A stretch of DNA of 64,000 nucleotides. It comes from Escherichia phage vB_EcoM_SYGD1. The stretch's first letter is position 1. Each line of letters starts with the position of its first letter. The notes under the pieces were generated by a model. The model had not been told where the DNA came from, searched no databases, and worked only from the letters and a program-made list of their open reading frames with translations. Below, piece after piece: positions 1-10,869 of the stretch. The stretch is taken from the sequence record MW883059. The stretch is one strand, 5' to 3'. Made by a program: the position numbers and the translations under genes.

Positions 1-522
1 GACATTTTTGAAAATGGCTATGAAACCGATGACCGAACAGGCACAGGAACAATTGCTTTATTCGGTACTAAATTACGCTGGGATTTAACTAAAGGTTTTC
101 CTGCGGTAACAACTAAGAAGCTCGCCTGGAAAGCTTGCATTGCTGAGCTACTTTGGTTTTTATCAGGAAGCACAAATGTCAATGATTTACGATTAATTCA
201 GCATGATTCGTTAATCCAAGGCAAAACAGTTTGGGATGAAAATTACGAAAATCAGGCAAAAGATTTAGGATACCATAGTGGTGAACTTGGCCCAATTTAT
301 GGAAAACAGTGGCGCGATTTTGGCGGTGTAGATCAAATTGTAGAAGTTGTTAATCGTATTAAAACATTTCCCAACGATAGGCGTCAAATTGTGTCGGCAT
401 GGAATCCAGCTGAACTTAAATATATGGCATTACCACCTTGTCATATGTTCTATCAGTTTAATGTGCGTAATGGTTATCTTGATTTACAATGGTATCAACG
501 CAGTGTAGATGTTTTCTTGGGT
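1..522 (+). CDS. td: thymidylate synthase, exon 1 (5' end lies upstream of window)
   Basis: Frame 1 from base 1 reads DIFENGYETDDRTGTGT...ALPPCHMFYQFNVRNGYLDLQWYQRSVDVFLG (ThyA core); frame is broken at 522/523 by an intron. Confidence 0.95.
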
Positions 523-842
523 TAATTGAGGCCTAGGTATAAGGTGACTTATACTTGTAATCTATCTAAACGGGGGACCTCTCTAGTAGACAATCCCGTG
601 CTAAATTGTAGGACTACCCTTTAATAATTTCATCAGGATTAGTTACTTACCGTGTAAAATCTGATAAATGGAATTGGTTCTACATAAATGCCTAACGACT
701 ATCCCTTTGGGGAGTAGGGTCAAGTGACTCGAAACGATAGACAACTTGCTTTAACAAGTTGAAGATATAGTCTGATCTGCATGGTGACATGCAGCTGGAT
801 ATAATTCCGGGGTAAGATTAACGACCTTATCTGAACATAATG
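523..842 (+). ncRNA. group I self-splicing intron in td (320 nt, endonuclease ORF missing)
   Basis: Exon 1 ends ...TTCTTGGGT, insert starts TAATTGAGGCC and ends ...CTGAACATAATG; removing 523-842 joins ...VDVFLG to LPFNIASY in frame; matches my recollection of the T4 td intron core. Confidence 0.85.
624..695 (+). pseudogene. 3' stub of intron-encoded homing endonuclease (I-TevI-like), rest of ORF deleted
   Basis: In-frame ...ISSGLVTYRVKSDKWNWFYINA followed by TAA inside the intron; no start codon and no GIY-YIG domain upstream. Confidence 0.6.
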
Positions 843-1154
843 CTTCCATTTAATATTGCATCATATGCTACGTTAGTTCATATTGTAGCTAAGATGTGTA
901 ATCTTATTCCGGGAGATTTGATATTTTCCGGTGGTAATACTCATATCTATATGAATCACGTAGAACAATGTAAAGAAATTTTGCGTCGTGAACCTAAAGA
1001 GCTTTGTGAACTGGTAATAGGCGGATTGCCTTATAAATTCCGCTATCTTTCTACTAAAGAACAATTGGAATACATTCTTAAACTCAGGCCTAAAGATTTC
1101 GTTCTCAAAGATTATCAGTCCCACGGCGTCTTGAAAGGAAAAATGGCGGTGTAA
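843..1154 (+). CDS. td: thymidylate synthase, exon 2
   Basis: LPFNIASYATLVHIVAKMCNLIPGDLIFSGGNTHIYMNHVEQ... to stop at 1152-1154; contiguous with exon 1 after splicing. Confidence 0.95.
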   Translation, partial: LPFNIASYATLVHIVAKMCNLIPGDLIFSGGNTHIYMNHVEQCKEILRREPKELCELVIGGLPYKFRYLSTKEQLEYILKLRPKDFVLKDYQSHGVLKGKMAV

Positions 1155-1177
1155 TTTTAATTTAATTGTGAGGATTT

Positions 1178-1441
1178 ATGATTTTACGATTTAAAGATAC
1201 TTCTGACGTTGTTCTTTTTACACTTCCTAATCCAAGTGAGTTAGAAGTTCCAGGACCAAATCAGCCTATTATCATTTATGGCAAAAAATATTATACTCAT
1301 AAAATGACTCGTGAGTATTTTGATAATAAAATTTCTACAGTTAAAACTTCTTCTGATTGTTACTATGATATTACTGTTTTAACGGAAAAACAATATGACG
1401 AATTATCACCGCGCGGGCCGTCTATGCCAGGTAGTGAATAA
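1178..1441 (+). CDS. hypothetical protein (position of T4 nrdA.2)
   Basis: 87-codon ORF, ATG preceded by GAGGA; 3' end overlaps next ORF by 47 nt. Confidence 0.6.
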   Translation: MILRFKDTSDVVLFTLPNPSELEVPGPNQPIIIYGKKYYTHKMTREYFDNKISTVKTSSDCYYDITVLTEKQYDELSPRGPSMPGSE

Positions 1442-1721
1442 ATATAAATCCGACTTTGATGTTAATATTCACCGTGGTACGTTTTGGGGAAATTACGTCG
1501 GTAAAGATGCTGGCAGCCGGGAGGCTGCCATTGAATTATTCAAAAAAGATTTTATACGTCGAATTAAATCCGGAGAAATAACTAAAGCACATTTAGAGCC
1601 TTTACGTGGAATGAGGCTAGGATGCACATGTAAACCAAAGCCGTGTCATGGTGATATAATAGCTCATATAGTTAACCGATTGTTTAAAGACGATTTTCAA
1701 GTTGAGGACTTATGCAATTAA
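1395..1721 (+). CDS. DUF4326-like protein (position of T4 nrdA.1)
   Basis: 108 aa with [14 protein letters not shown] and [15 protein letters not shown] motifs, the pattern I associate with DUF4326. Confidence 0.65.
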   Translation: MTNYHRAGRLCQVVNKYKSDFDVNIHRGTFWGNYVGKDAGSREAAIELFKKDFIRRIKSGEITKAHLEPLRGMRLGCTCKPKPCHGDIIAHIVNRLFKDDFQVEDLCN

Positions 1722-3976
1722 TTAATGTTATCAAAAGTAGTGGTGTTTCTCAGAGCTTTGACCCGCAAAAAATTATTAAAGTTTTATCTTGGGCAGCTGA
1801 AGGAACATCAGTAGATCCTTATGAATTATATGAAAATATTAAATCTTATCTCCGTGATGGAATGACAACTGATGATATTCAGACTATTGTCATTAAGGCC
1901 GCTGCGAATTCTATTTCGGTTGAAGAGCCTGATTATCAATATGTAGCTGCACGTTGTTTAATGTTCGCTCTTCGTAAGCATGTTTATGGGCAGTATGAAC
2001 CACGTTCATTTATTGACCATATTTCTTACTGTGTAAATGAAGGTAAATATGACCCTGAATTATTGTCAAAATATTCAGCAGAAGAAATTACATTTTTAGA
2101 ATCAAAAATTAAGCACGAGCGGGATATGGAATTTACTTATTCCGGGGCGATGCAATTAAAAGAAAAATATCTAGTTAAAGATAAAACCACTGGTCAAATT
2201 TATGAAACTCCACAGTTTGCATTTATGACTATTGGAATGGCATTGCATCAAGATGAACCTGTTGATAGATTAAAACATGTTATCCGTTTTTATGAAGCGG
2301 TATCTACTCGACAGATTTCATTACCAACTCCTATTATGGCTGGTTGCCGTACTCCAACTCGGCAGTTTAGTTCATGTGTTGTTATTGAGGCAGGCGATTC
2401 ACTGAAGTCTATCAATAAGGCTTCTGCTTCAATTGTTGAATATATCTCTAAACGCGCTGGAATTGGTATTAACGTTGGTATGATTCGTGCTGAAGGTTCT
2501 AAGATTGGCATGGGTGAAGTACGCCATACTGGTGTTATTCCTTTTTGGAAACATTTTCAGACTGCTGTTAAATCATGCTCACAGGGTGGAATTCGTGGCG
2601 GCGCTGCTACTGCTTATTATCCTATTTGGCATTTGGAAGTTGAAAATCTTCTTGTTTTGAAAAATAACAAAGGCGTAGAAGAAAACCGTATCCGTCATAT
2701 GGATTATGGCGTCCAGTTGAATGATTTGATGATGGAACGTTTTGGAAAGAACGACTACATTACTTTGTTTAGTCCGCATGAAATGGGTGGCGAGCTTTAT
2801 TATTCTTATTTTAAAGACCAAGACCGTTTCCGCGAATTATACGAAGCAGCAGAAAAAGACCCTAATATTCGCAAAAAGCGTATTAAAGCCCGTGAACTAT
2901 TTGAATTACTCATGACTGAACGATCAGGAACAGCAAGGATTTATGTGCAGTTCATTGATAATACGAATAATTATACTCCGTTTATTCGTGAAAAGGCACC
3001 TATTCGTCAGAGTAACTTGTGTTGTGAAATTGCTATTCCAACAAATGATGTGAATAGTCCTGATGCTGAAATTGGATTGTGTACTCTCTCTGCATTCGTA
3101 CTAGATAATTTTGACTGGCAAGACCAAGATAAAATTAATGAATTGGCAGAAGTTCAAGTTCGTGCTCTTGATAATCTGTTGGATTACCAAGGATATCCAG
3201 TTCCTGAAGCAGAAAAAGCTAAAAAGCGTCGTAACCTCGGTGTAGGTGTTACCAACTATGCAGCTTGGCTGGCAAGTAACTTTGCTTCTTATGAAGATGC
3301 TAATGATTTAACACATGAACTATTTGAGAGATTACAGTATGGACTCATTAAAGCATCCATTAAGCTCGCAAAAGAAAAAGGACCTTGCGAATATTATTCA
3401 GACACTCGTTGGTCTCGAGGCGAATTACCTATCGACTGGTACAATAAAAAGATTGACCAAATCGCAGCTCCAAAATACGTTTGTGACTGGTCGGCGCTGC
3501 GGGAAGACCTTAAGCTCTTTGGCATCCGTAATAGCACATTATCAGCACTTATGCCATGTGAGTCATCTTCCCAAGTTTCTAACAGTACAAACGGTATCGA
3601 GCCTCCACGTGGACCAGTCTCTGTTAAAGAATCAAAAGAGGGTTCCTTTAATCAAGTCGTGCCCAATATTGAGCATAACATAGACCTATATGATTATACA
3701 TGGAAATTAGCTAAGAAAGGTAATAAACCTTATCTTACGCAGGTAGCTATTATGCTGAAATGGGTATGTCAATCAGCTTCAGCGAATACATACTATGACC
3801 CGCAGATTTTTCCAAAAGGAAAGGTTCCAATGTCAATAATGATTGATGACATGTTATACGGATGGTATTATGGCATTAAAAATTTCTATTATCATAATAC
3901 CCGTGATGGTTCTGGTACTGATGATTATGAAATAGAAACTCCTAAAGCCGACGATTGTGCAGCGTGTAAATTGTAA
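1712..3976 (+). CDS. nrdA: ribonucleoside-diphosphate reductase large subunit (class Ia)
   Basis: 754 aa; GAGGA RBS; active-site NLCCEIA; C-terminal redox Cys pair ...ADDCAACKL. Confidence 0.95.
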   Translation: MQLINVIKSSGVSQSFDPQKIIKVLSWAAEGTSVDPYELYENIKSYLRDGMTTDDIQTIVIKAAANSISVEEPDYQYVAARCLMFALRKHVYGQYEPRSFIDHISYCVNEGKYDPELLSKYSAEEITFLESKIKHERDMEFTYSGAMQLKEKYLVKDKTTGQIYETPQFAFMTIGMALHQDEPVDRLKHVIRFYEAVSTRQISLPTPIMAGCRTPTRQFSSCVVIEAGDSLKSINKASASIVEYISKRAGIGINVGMIRAEGSKIGMGEVRHTGVIPFWKHFQTAVKSCSQGGIRGGAATAYYPIWHLEVENLLVLKNNKGVEENRIRHMDYGVQLNDLMMERFGKNDYITLFSPHEMGGELYYSYFKDQDRFRELYEAAEKDPNIRKKRIKARELFELLMTERSGTARIYVQFIDNTNNYTPFIREKAPIRQSNLCCEIAIPTNDVNSPDAEIGLCTLSAFVLDNFDWQDQDKINELAEVQVRALDNLLDYQGYPVPEAEKAKKRRNLGVGVTNYAAWLASNFASYEDANDLTHELFERLQYGLIKASIKLAKEKGPCEYYSDTRWSRGELPIDWYNKKIDQIAAPKYVCDWSALREDLKLFGIRNSTLSALMPCESSSQVSNSTNGIEPPRGPVSVKESKEGSFNQVVPNIEHNIDLYDYTWKLAKKGNKPYLTQVAIMLKWVCQSASANTYYDPQIFPKGKVPMSIMIDDMLYGWYYGIKNFYYHNTRDGSGTDDYEIETPKADDCAACKL

Positions 3977-4707
3977 TGAATTATCAAAAAATCTATAATG
4001 ACCTAATTTCCCGAGCTCAGGCTCGGGAACATTTATCCGAGTATAAAGAGACACATCATATAGTCCCTAAATGCATGGGAGGTTCTGATGATAAAGAAAA
4101 TTTAGTTGAATTAACAGCTAGAGAACATTTTATAGCGCATCTATTACTATGCAAGATAAATGAAGGCCATTTTGGTCTTGCCTCTGCGTTAACGTTAATG
4201 GCAACAGATAAAGCTGGTAATAGAATTAATAACAGATTGTATAGCTTGCACAGAAAATTATTTGCTAAAGCTAATTCTGATTTCTTTAAGAAATATTGGA
4301 AAAATAATCCTCATCCTAGAGGAATGTTAGGCAAGCATCATAAAAACGAAACTAAACAACATGTATCAAACGTGAATAGGTATGCATGCCCATCTATCGA
4401 AATACATAAATTCTCATTAGATGGGGATTTCATAGAAACCTTTCACTCTATTGCCGCAGCGTCCAGGTCAGTTAATGGAAACGGGTCAAATATCAAATAT
4501 TGTGCTGAGGGTAAATTTCAATATGCCTATGGATTTCGATGGGCATATCAACTTGATGCAAAGTTTGACAAAATACAACCAAGAGATTATAAAGGAATCC
4601 GCGGTAAGAAATGGATTAATAATGGAAGTGAATGCACGCTTATAGGTAAAGATGATATTATACCGCCAGGTTGGAAACGCGGCAGAATTTTAAAGAGGAA
4701 AAATTAA
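3976..4707 (+). CDS. HNH homing endonuclease, free-standing (mobE-like, between nrdA and nrdB)
   Basis: 243 aa; start overlaps nrdA stop (TAATG); HNH motif HHIVPKCMGGSDDKENLVELTAREHFIAH. Confidence 0.8.
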   Translation: MNYQKIYNDLISRAQAREHLSEYKETHHIVPKCMGGSDDKENLVELTAREHFIAHLLLCKINEGHFGLASALTLMATDKAGNRINNRLYSLHRKLFAKANSDFFKKYWKNNPHPRGMLGKHHKNETKQHVSNVNRYACPSIEIHKFSLDGDFIETFHSIAAASRSVNGNGSNIKYCAEGKFQYAYGFRWAYQLDAKFDKIQPRDYKGIRGKKWINNGSECTLIGKDDIIPPGWKRGRILKRKN

Positions 4708-5885
4708 TGTCTACAGTTTTTAATACAAATCCAGTTGATGTTTTAAAAGAACCTATGTTTTTTGGTTCAGGTCTTGGTATTGCGCGTTATGATATTCAAC
4801 GTCATAAAGTTTTTGAAGATTTGACCGAAAAGCAATTGTCGTTTTTCTGGCGGCCTGAAGAAGTAAACTTAATGATGGATGCTGCGCAGTTTAATAAGCT
4901 TCCTCAGTATCAGCAAAATATTTTTACTAACAACCTGAAGTATCAATCACTTTTGGATAGCATTCAGGGTCGTGCGCCGTCTGCTGTACTTATGTCATTA
5001 ATTTCAGACCCAAGCCTTGATACATGGGTTGCTACATGGACTTTTAGTGAAACTATTCATAGTCGTTCATATACTCATATCATGCGAAATCTTTATACTG
5101 ATCCGTCAAAGGTATTTGATGAGATTGTATTAGATGAAGCTATTATGAAACGTGCTGAATCCATTGGACGTTATTATGATGACGTTCTGATTAAAACTCG
5201 TTATTGGGAAAACGCTAAAGCTGCTACAGCATTTAAATTTGAAATTAATGCAGACGAAGACGTTATTGAAGATGCTATTGAGCATGAAATGTATTGGAAA
5301 CGTGAACTAATGCGCTCTCTTTACCTCTGCCTGCACGTAATCAACGCATTGGAAGCTATTCGTTTTTATGTATCTTTCGCATGTACCTTTAACTTCCATA
5401 AAAACATGGAAATCATGGAAGGTAATGCCAAGATTATGAAGTTCATTGCGCGTGATGAGCAGCTTCATCTTAAAGGCACCCAATATATTATTCGTCAGCT
5501 TCAATCCGGTACTGATGGCGATGAATGGGTTAAAATTGCTCAAGAGTGTGAACAAGAAGCAGTTGATATTTTCATGGAAGTTAACCGCCAAGAAAAAGAT
5601 TGGGCAGTTCATTTATTTAAAGATGGAGATGTTCCTGGATTAAATACAAATAGCATGTGGAGCTTTATTGATTACTTAACTGTATCTCGTATGAAACAGT
5701 GTGGTCTTCCATGCCCAATTACCGATGCTCCGGTTAAACATCCATATCCTTGGATTCGTGAATACCTTAATTCTGATAATGTTCAATCCGCGCCGCAAGA
5801 AGTAGAACTGTCATCTTACCTTGTAGCACAGATTGATAATGATGTTGATGATAAAGTTATGATGAGTTTTAAAAAATATTTTTAA
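4707..5885 (+). CDS. nrdB: ribonucleotide reductase small subunit, uninterrupted (no intron)
   Basis: 392 aa from ATG 4707 (MSTVFNTNPVDVLKEPMFF...); continuous ORF typical of NrdB. Confidence 0.9.
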   Translation: MSTVFNTNPVDVLKEPMFFGSGLGIARYDIQRHKVFEDLTEKQLSFFWRPEEVNLMMDAAQFNKLPQYQQNIFTNNLKYQSLLDSIQGRAPSAVLMSLISDPSLDTWVATWTFSETIHSRSYTHIMRNLYTDPSKVFDEIVLDEAIMKRAESIGRYYDDVLIKTRYWENAKAATAFKFEINADEDVIEDAIEHEMYWKRELMRSLYLCLHVINALEAIRFYVSFACTFNFHKNMEIMEGNAKIMKFIARDEQLHLKGTQYIIRQLQSGTDGDEWVKIAQECEQEAVDIFMEVNRQEKDWAVHLFKDGDVPGLNTNSMWSFIDYLTVSRMKQCGLPCPITDAPVKHPYPWIREYLNSDNVQSAPQEVELSSYLVAQIDNDVDDKVMMSFKKYF

Positions 5886-5889
5886 GGAG

Positions 5890-5905
5890 TGGGCCGCAAG
5901 GCCCA
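5890..5905 (+). terminator. GC hairpin (TGGGCCGCAAGGCCCA) plus T-tract after nrdB; also sits between the SD and the denA start
   Basis: Perfect 5-6 bp GC stem with GCAA loop followed by TTTTATT; lies between AAGGAG (5885-5890) and ATG 5913. Confidence 0.45.
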
Positions 5906-5912
5906 TTTTATT

Positions 5913-7500
<1,588 letters not shown>

Positions 7501-7503
7501 GCT

Positions 7504-7557
7504 GTTTACAAGTCCCTCGTGTTGTGTTATAGTAGACTTACTGACATAACATGAGGA
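7504..7557 (+). promoter_or_regulatory. sigma70-type early promoter cassette, copy A (duplicated at 21105-21158)
   Basis: GTTTAC, 17-18 nt spacer, TATAGT, then leader ...CTGACATAACATGAGGA; 53/54 identical to the second copy. Confidence 0.6.
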
Positions 7558-7564
7558 CTTTATG

Positions 7565-8068
7565 ATGGATTTACAGCTTATTACTACTGAAATGGTCGTT
7601 GAAGCATACGGTGATACTACAGATGGGATTTCTGTATTTAAAGGAAATCGTCGAGTTGGATATATCACCGATCTTAAGAAAGATTTAGCTAAGCAAGTCA
7701 AGCGGAAAACGACCATCAAAGAATATCGAAATCGTCGTCTTGAGCAAGCCCGTGATATGCTTCCTGACGCAGTTGAGGAGATGAAAGTCTTTTTAGAAAA
7801 TCAGCTTGCGAAATATGATTGTGATGTGTTCATTAATCAGACTCAACCTAATGTTCATATTAACAAATGTAAATGCTACATCATCGTTAATCCTTTGACG
7901 GGAAAACATCGTCTTGGAATTAGTAATCCAAATCGTAGTGCATCAGATATGGCAGAAGATGTTGAGGCATGTTTTAAAATTTCTAAATCTCCAGCTGAAC
8001 ATCATATTTTAATTAACGGTCTTTCTCAAGACGATATTGTAGAGGTTATTAAAACTTTATGCATGTAA
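7565..8068 (+). CDS. alc: Alc, inhibitor of host transcription on cytosine-containing DNA
   Basis: About 167 aa MDLQLITTEMVVEAYGDTTDGISVFKGNRR...; start could be ATG 7562 or 7565. Confidence 0.8.
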   Translation: MDLQLITTEMVVEAYGDTTDGISVFKGNRRVGYITDLKKDLAKQVKRKTTIKEYRNRRLEQARDMLPDAVEEMKVFLENQLAKYDCDVFINQTQPNVHINKCKCYIIVNPLTGKHRLGISNPNRSASDMAEDVEACFKISKSPAEHHILINGLSQDDIVEVIKTLCM

Positions 8069-8412
8069 GTAATTTTACAGCTGGATTGCTATTACTTGTA
8101 ATAGCATTTGGCGGAACATCTATTATTTTAAAAAATAAGGTAGAAAGATTAGAAACATCGGTTACTGAAATTACAAAAACGGCCAATGAAAACGCTTTAG
8201 CATTAGATAATTTGCGAATTCAGTATAATTATATTGATGCGATGAATAATAAAAATCGTGAGGCAATTGCTGCTATTGAGCGTGAAAATGAAAAACTGCG
8301 CAAAGATGCAAAGAAGGCGGATGTGGTGGCTCATAAGCCAGGATTGGTTGAAAAACAAATCAACAACTCCTTCAACAAGTTCGCAGAAGACATCCAGGAC
8401 CTTTCTAAATGA
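8059..8412 (+). CDS. pseT.3: i-spanin (Rz-like inner-membrane lysis protein)
   Basis: 117 aa; N-terminal TM helix FTAGLLLLVIAFGGTSIIL then coiled-coil-like periplasmic region. Confidence 0.7.
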   Translation: MHVSNFTAGLLLLVIAFGGTSIILKNKVERLETSVTEITKTANENALALDNLRIQYNYIDAMNNKNREAIAAIERENEKLRKDAKKADVVAHKPGLVEKQINNSFNKFAEDIQDLSK

Positions 8413-8708
8413 TTAAACTATCAGCAGTAATATTATCTATTGGTCTTCTAGTTGGTTGTTCGACAAAGCCTCTAGAAGTAAAGAAAGAAACAGTTCATCC
8501 TAAATGGCCAGTACAAATAAAGTCATATGATGAAGCTAAACTATCCTGGCAAGTTAAAGTTATTGATGGTAAAGCTTGGGTCGGTATGCCATTTGAAGAT
8601 TCCCAGGAATTTCGTATTTGGCTTAATGATGTAAAACGATATGTACATGACCAAAAAACTATGATATGTTATTATCGTCAAGAGCTAAAAGAGGATAAAT
8701 GTAAATGA
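8409..8708 (+). CDS. pseT.2: o-spanin (Rz1-like outer-membrane lipoprotein)
   Basis: 99 aa; signal peptide with lipobox LLVGC; start overlaps i-spanin stop (ATGA). Confidence 0.7.
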   Translation: MIKLSAVILSIGLLVGCSTKPLEVKKETVHPKWPVQIKSYDEAKLSWQVKVIDGKAWVGMPFEDSQEFRIWLNDVKRYVHDQKTMICYYRQELKEDKCK

Positions 8709-8931
8709 TTTCATGGCATCAATTTGAACATCTCAAAGGATTGATTTATGAATCCGAGATGGCTGCAATGATTTATGGACGCCAGATTCAGCGGTTAGAA
8801 TCTTTACCTCCAACTAATGATGTTTTATTAGCTCAATCTCGGGCTAATCTTAAAAATGAATATCAAAATAAGTGGGGTAAAGCATCTAAAGACCTGCATG
8901 ATTATATTCAATCATTGGTTGAGAAAAATAA

Positions 8932-8935
<4 letters not shown>
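8705..8935 (+). CDS. hypothetical protein
   Basis: 76-codon ORF coupled to flanking genes by overlapping start/stop. Confidence 0.55.
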
Positions 8936-10138
<1,203 letters not shown>

Positions 10139-10139
<1 letters not shown>

Positions 10140-10336
10140 TGGCGTGGCATCATGAAACTTGGTCTATTGTTATTGTAAATAGTGGTTTAGTTGGTACTAG
10201 TAATGGGCAATTTTGTGTATTCACTAGTGAAATCAGAGCTTGGGAGGAATGCCTTAAATTAAGAGAAAAGAATCCTGATGTTGAACTAACAGTAAAGAAA
10301 ACTAAACTGCCTTTACCATGGAAAACTTATGAATAA
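10139..10336 (+). CDS. hypothetical protein (cd.5 position)
   Basis: 65 aa from ATG overlapping pseT stop (TAATG). Confidence 0.5.
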
Positions 10337-10529
10337 CACAGAAAAGATTTATCAACTTTGTGATAAAATTGAAAAAGAAAAGAAATATCTATTTTGTTTA
10401 TGGCCTATTGTTGATGGAAGAATAGACTTAGATATTCTTGATTATGAAACAGAAGACATAGTAGATGGTTCAACTTTTGATAATGCGTTGGATGTTATTA
10501 ATTGGCTTGAAGAAAATTATGTGGGGTGA
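10329..10529 (+). CDS. hypothetical protein (cd.4 position)
   Basis: 66-codon ORF. Confidence 0.5.
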   Translation: MNNTEKIYQLCDKIEKEKKYLFCLWPIVDGRIDLDILDYETEDIVDGSTFDNALDVINWLEENYVG

Positions 10530-10531
10530 AT

Positions 10532-10807
10532 ATGTTTCCGACTTATTCTAAAATCGTAGAAGTAGTGTTTAGTCAAATTATCGCTAATAATATGTTTGAA
10601 AAGATTGATAACGCAGCCGAGCTTCGAATTCATGCTCAAGTGACTCATGTATTGAACACTTTGCTTCCAGACCAGGTGGATTCTATTGCAATTACGCTGT
10701 ATCCGGGTTCCGCGCATATCATTGTCGTATTTGGTCTTGATGCTGAGCTAGTCATCAAAGGCGATATTCGCTTTGAATCACAGACATCAGAATTCAAAGC
10801 AATTTAA
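10532..10807 (+). CDS. hypothetical protein (cd.3 position)
   Basis: 91 aa from first ATG (ORF track start 10526 is a GTG). Confidence 0.5.
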   Translation: MFPTYSKIVEVVFSQIIANNMFEKIDNAAELRIHAQVTHVLNTLLPDQVDSIAITLYPGSAHIIVVFGLDAELVIKGDIRFESQTSEFKAI

Positions 10808-10809
10808 TG

Positions 10810-10849
10810 GTTTACTTTATGGTAGAGTTGTGATATTATAGCTCTACCA
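10810..10849 (+). promoter_or_regulatory. early promoter with inverted repeat around the -10 (PeSL-like)
   Basis: GTTTAC 10810-10815; 8-bp stem 10820-10827 pairs with 10842-10849; loop carries TGATATTATAG. Confidence 0.5.
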
Positions 10850-10869
10850 AAACAAATGAGGAAAACAAA

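Noticed and set aside
873-1124. 83-codon ORF on the - strand inside td exon 2
   Set aside because: Antisense shadow ORF within a well-supported gene; no RBS and low-complexity translation
2290-2821. Two - strand ORFs (73 and 80 codons) inside nrdA
   Set aside because: Antisense to a conserved enzyme gene; typical shadow frames
4451-4645. 64-codon + strand ORF nested in the mobE-like gene
   Set aside because: Alternative frame of a gene with clear HNH motifs; no independent start signals
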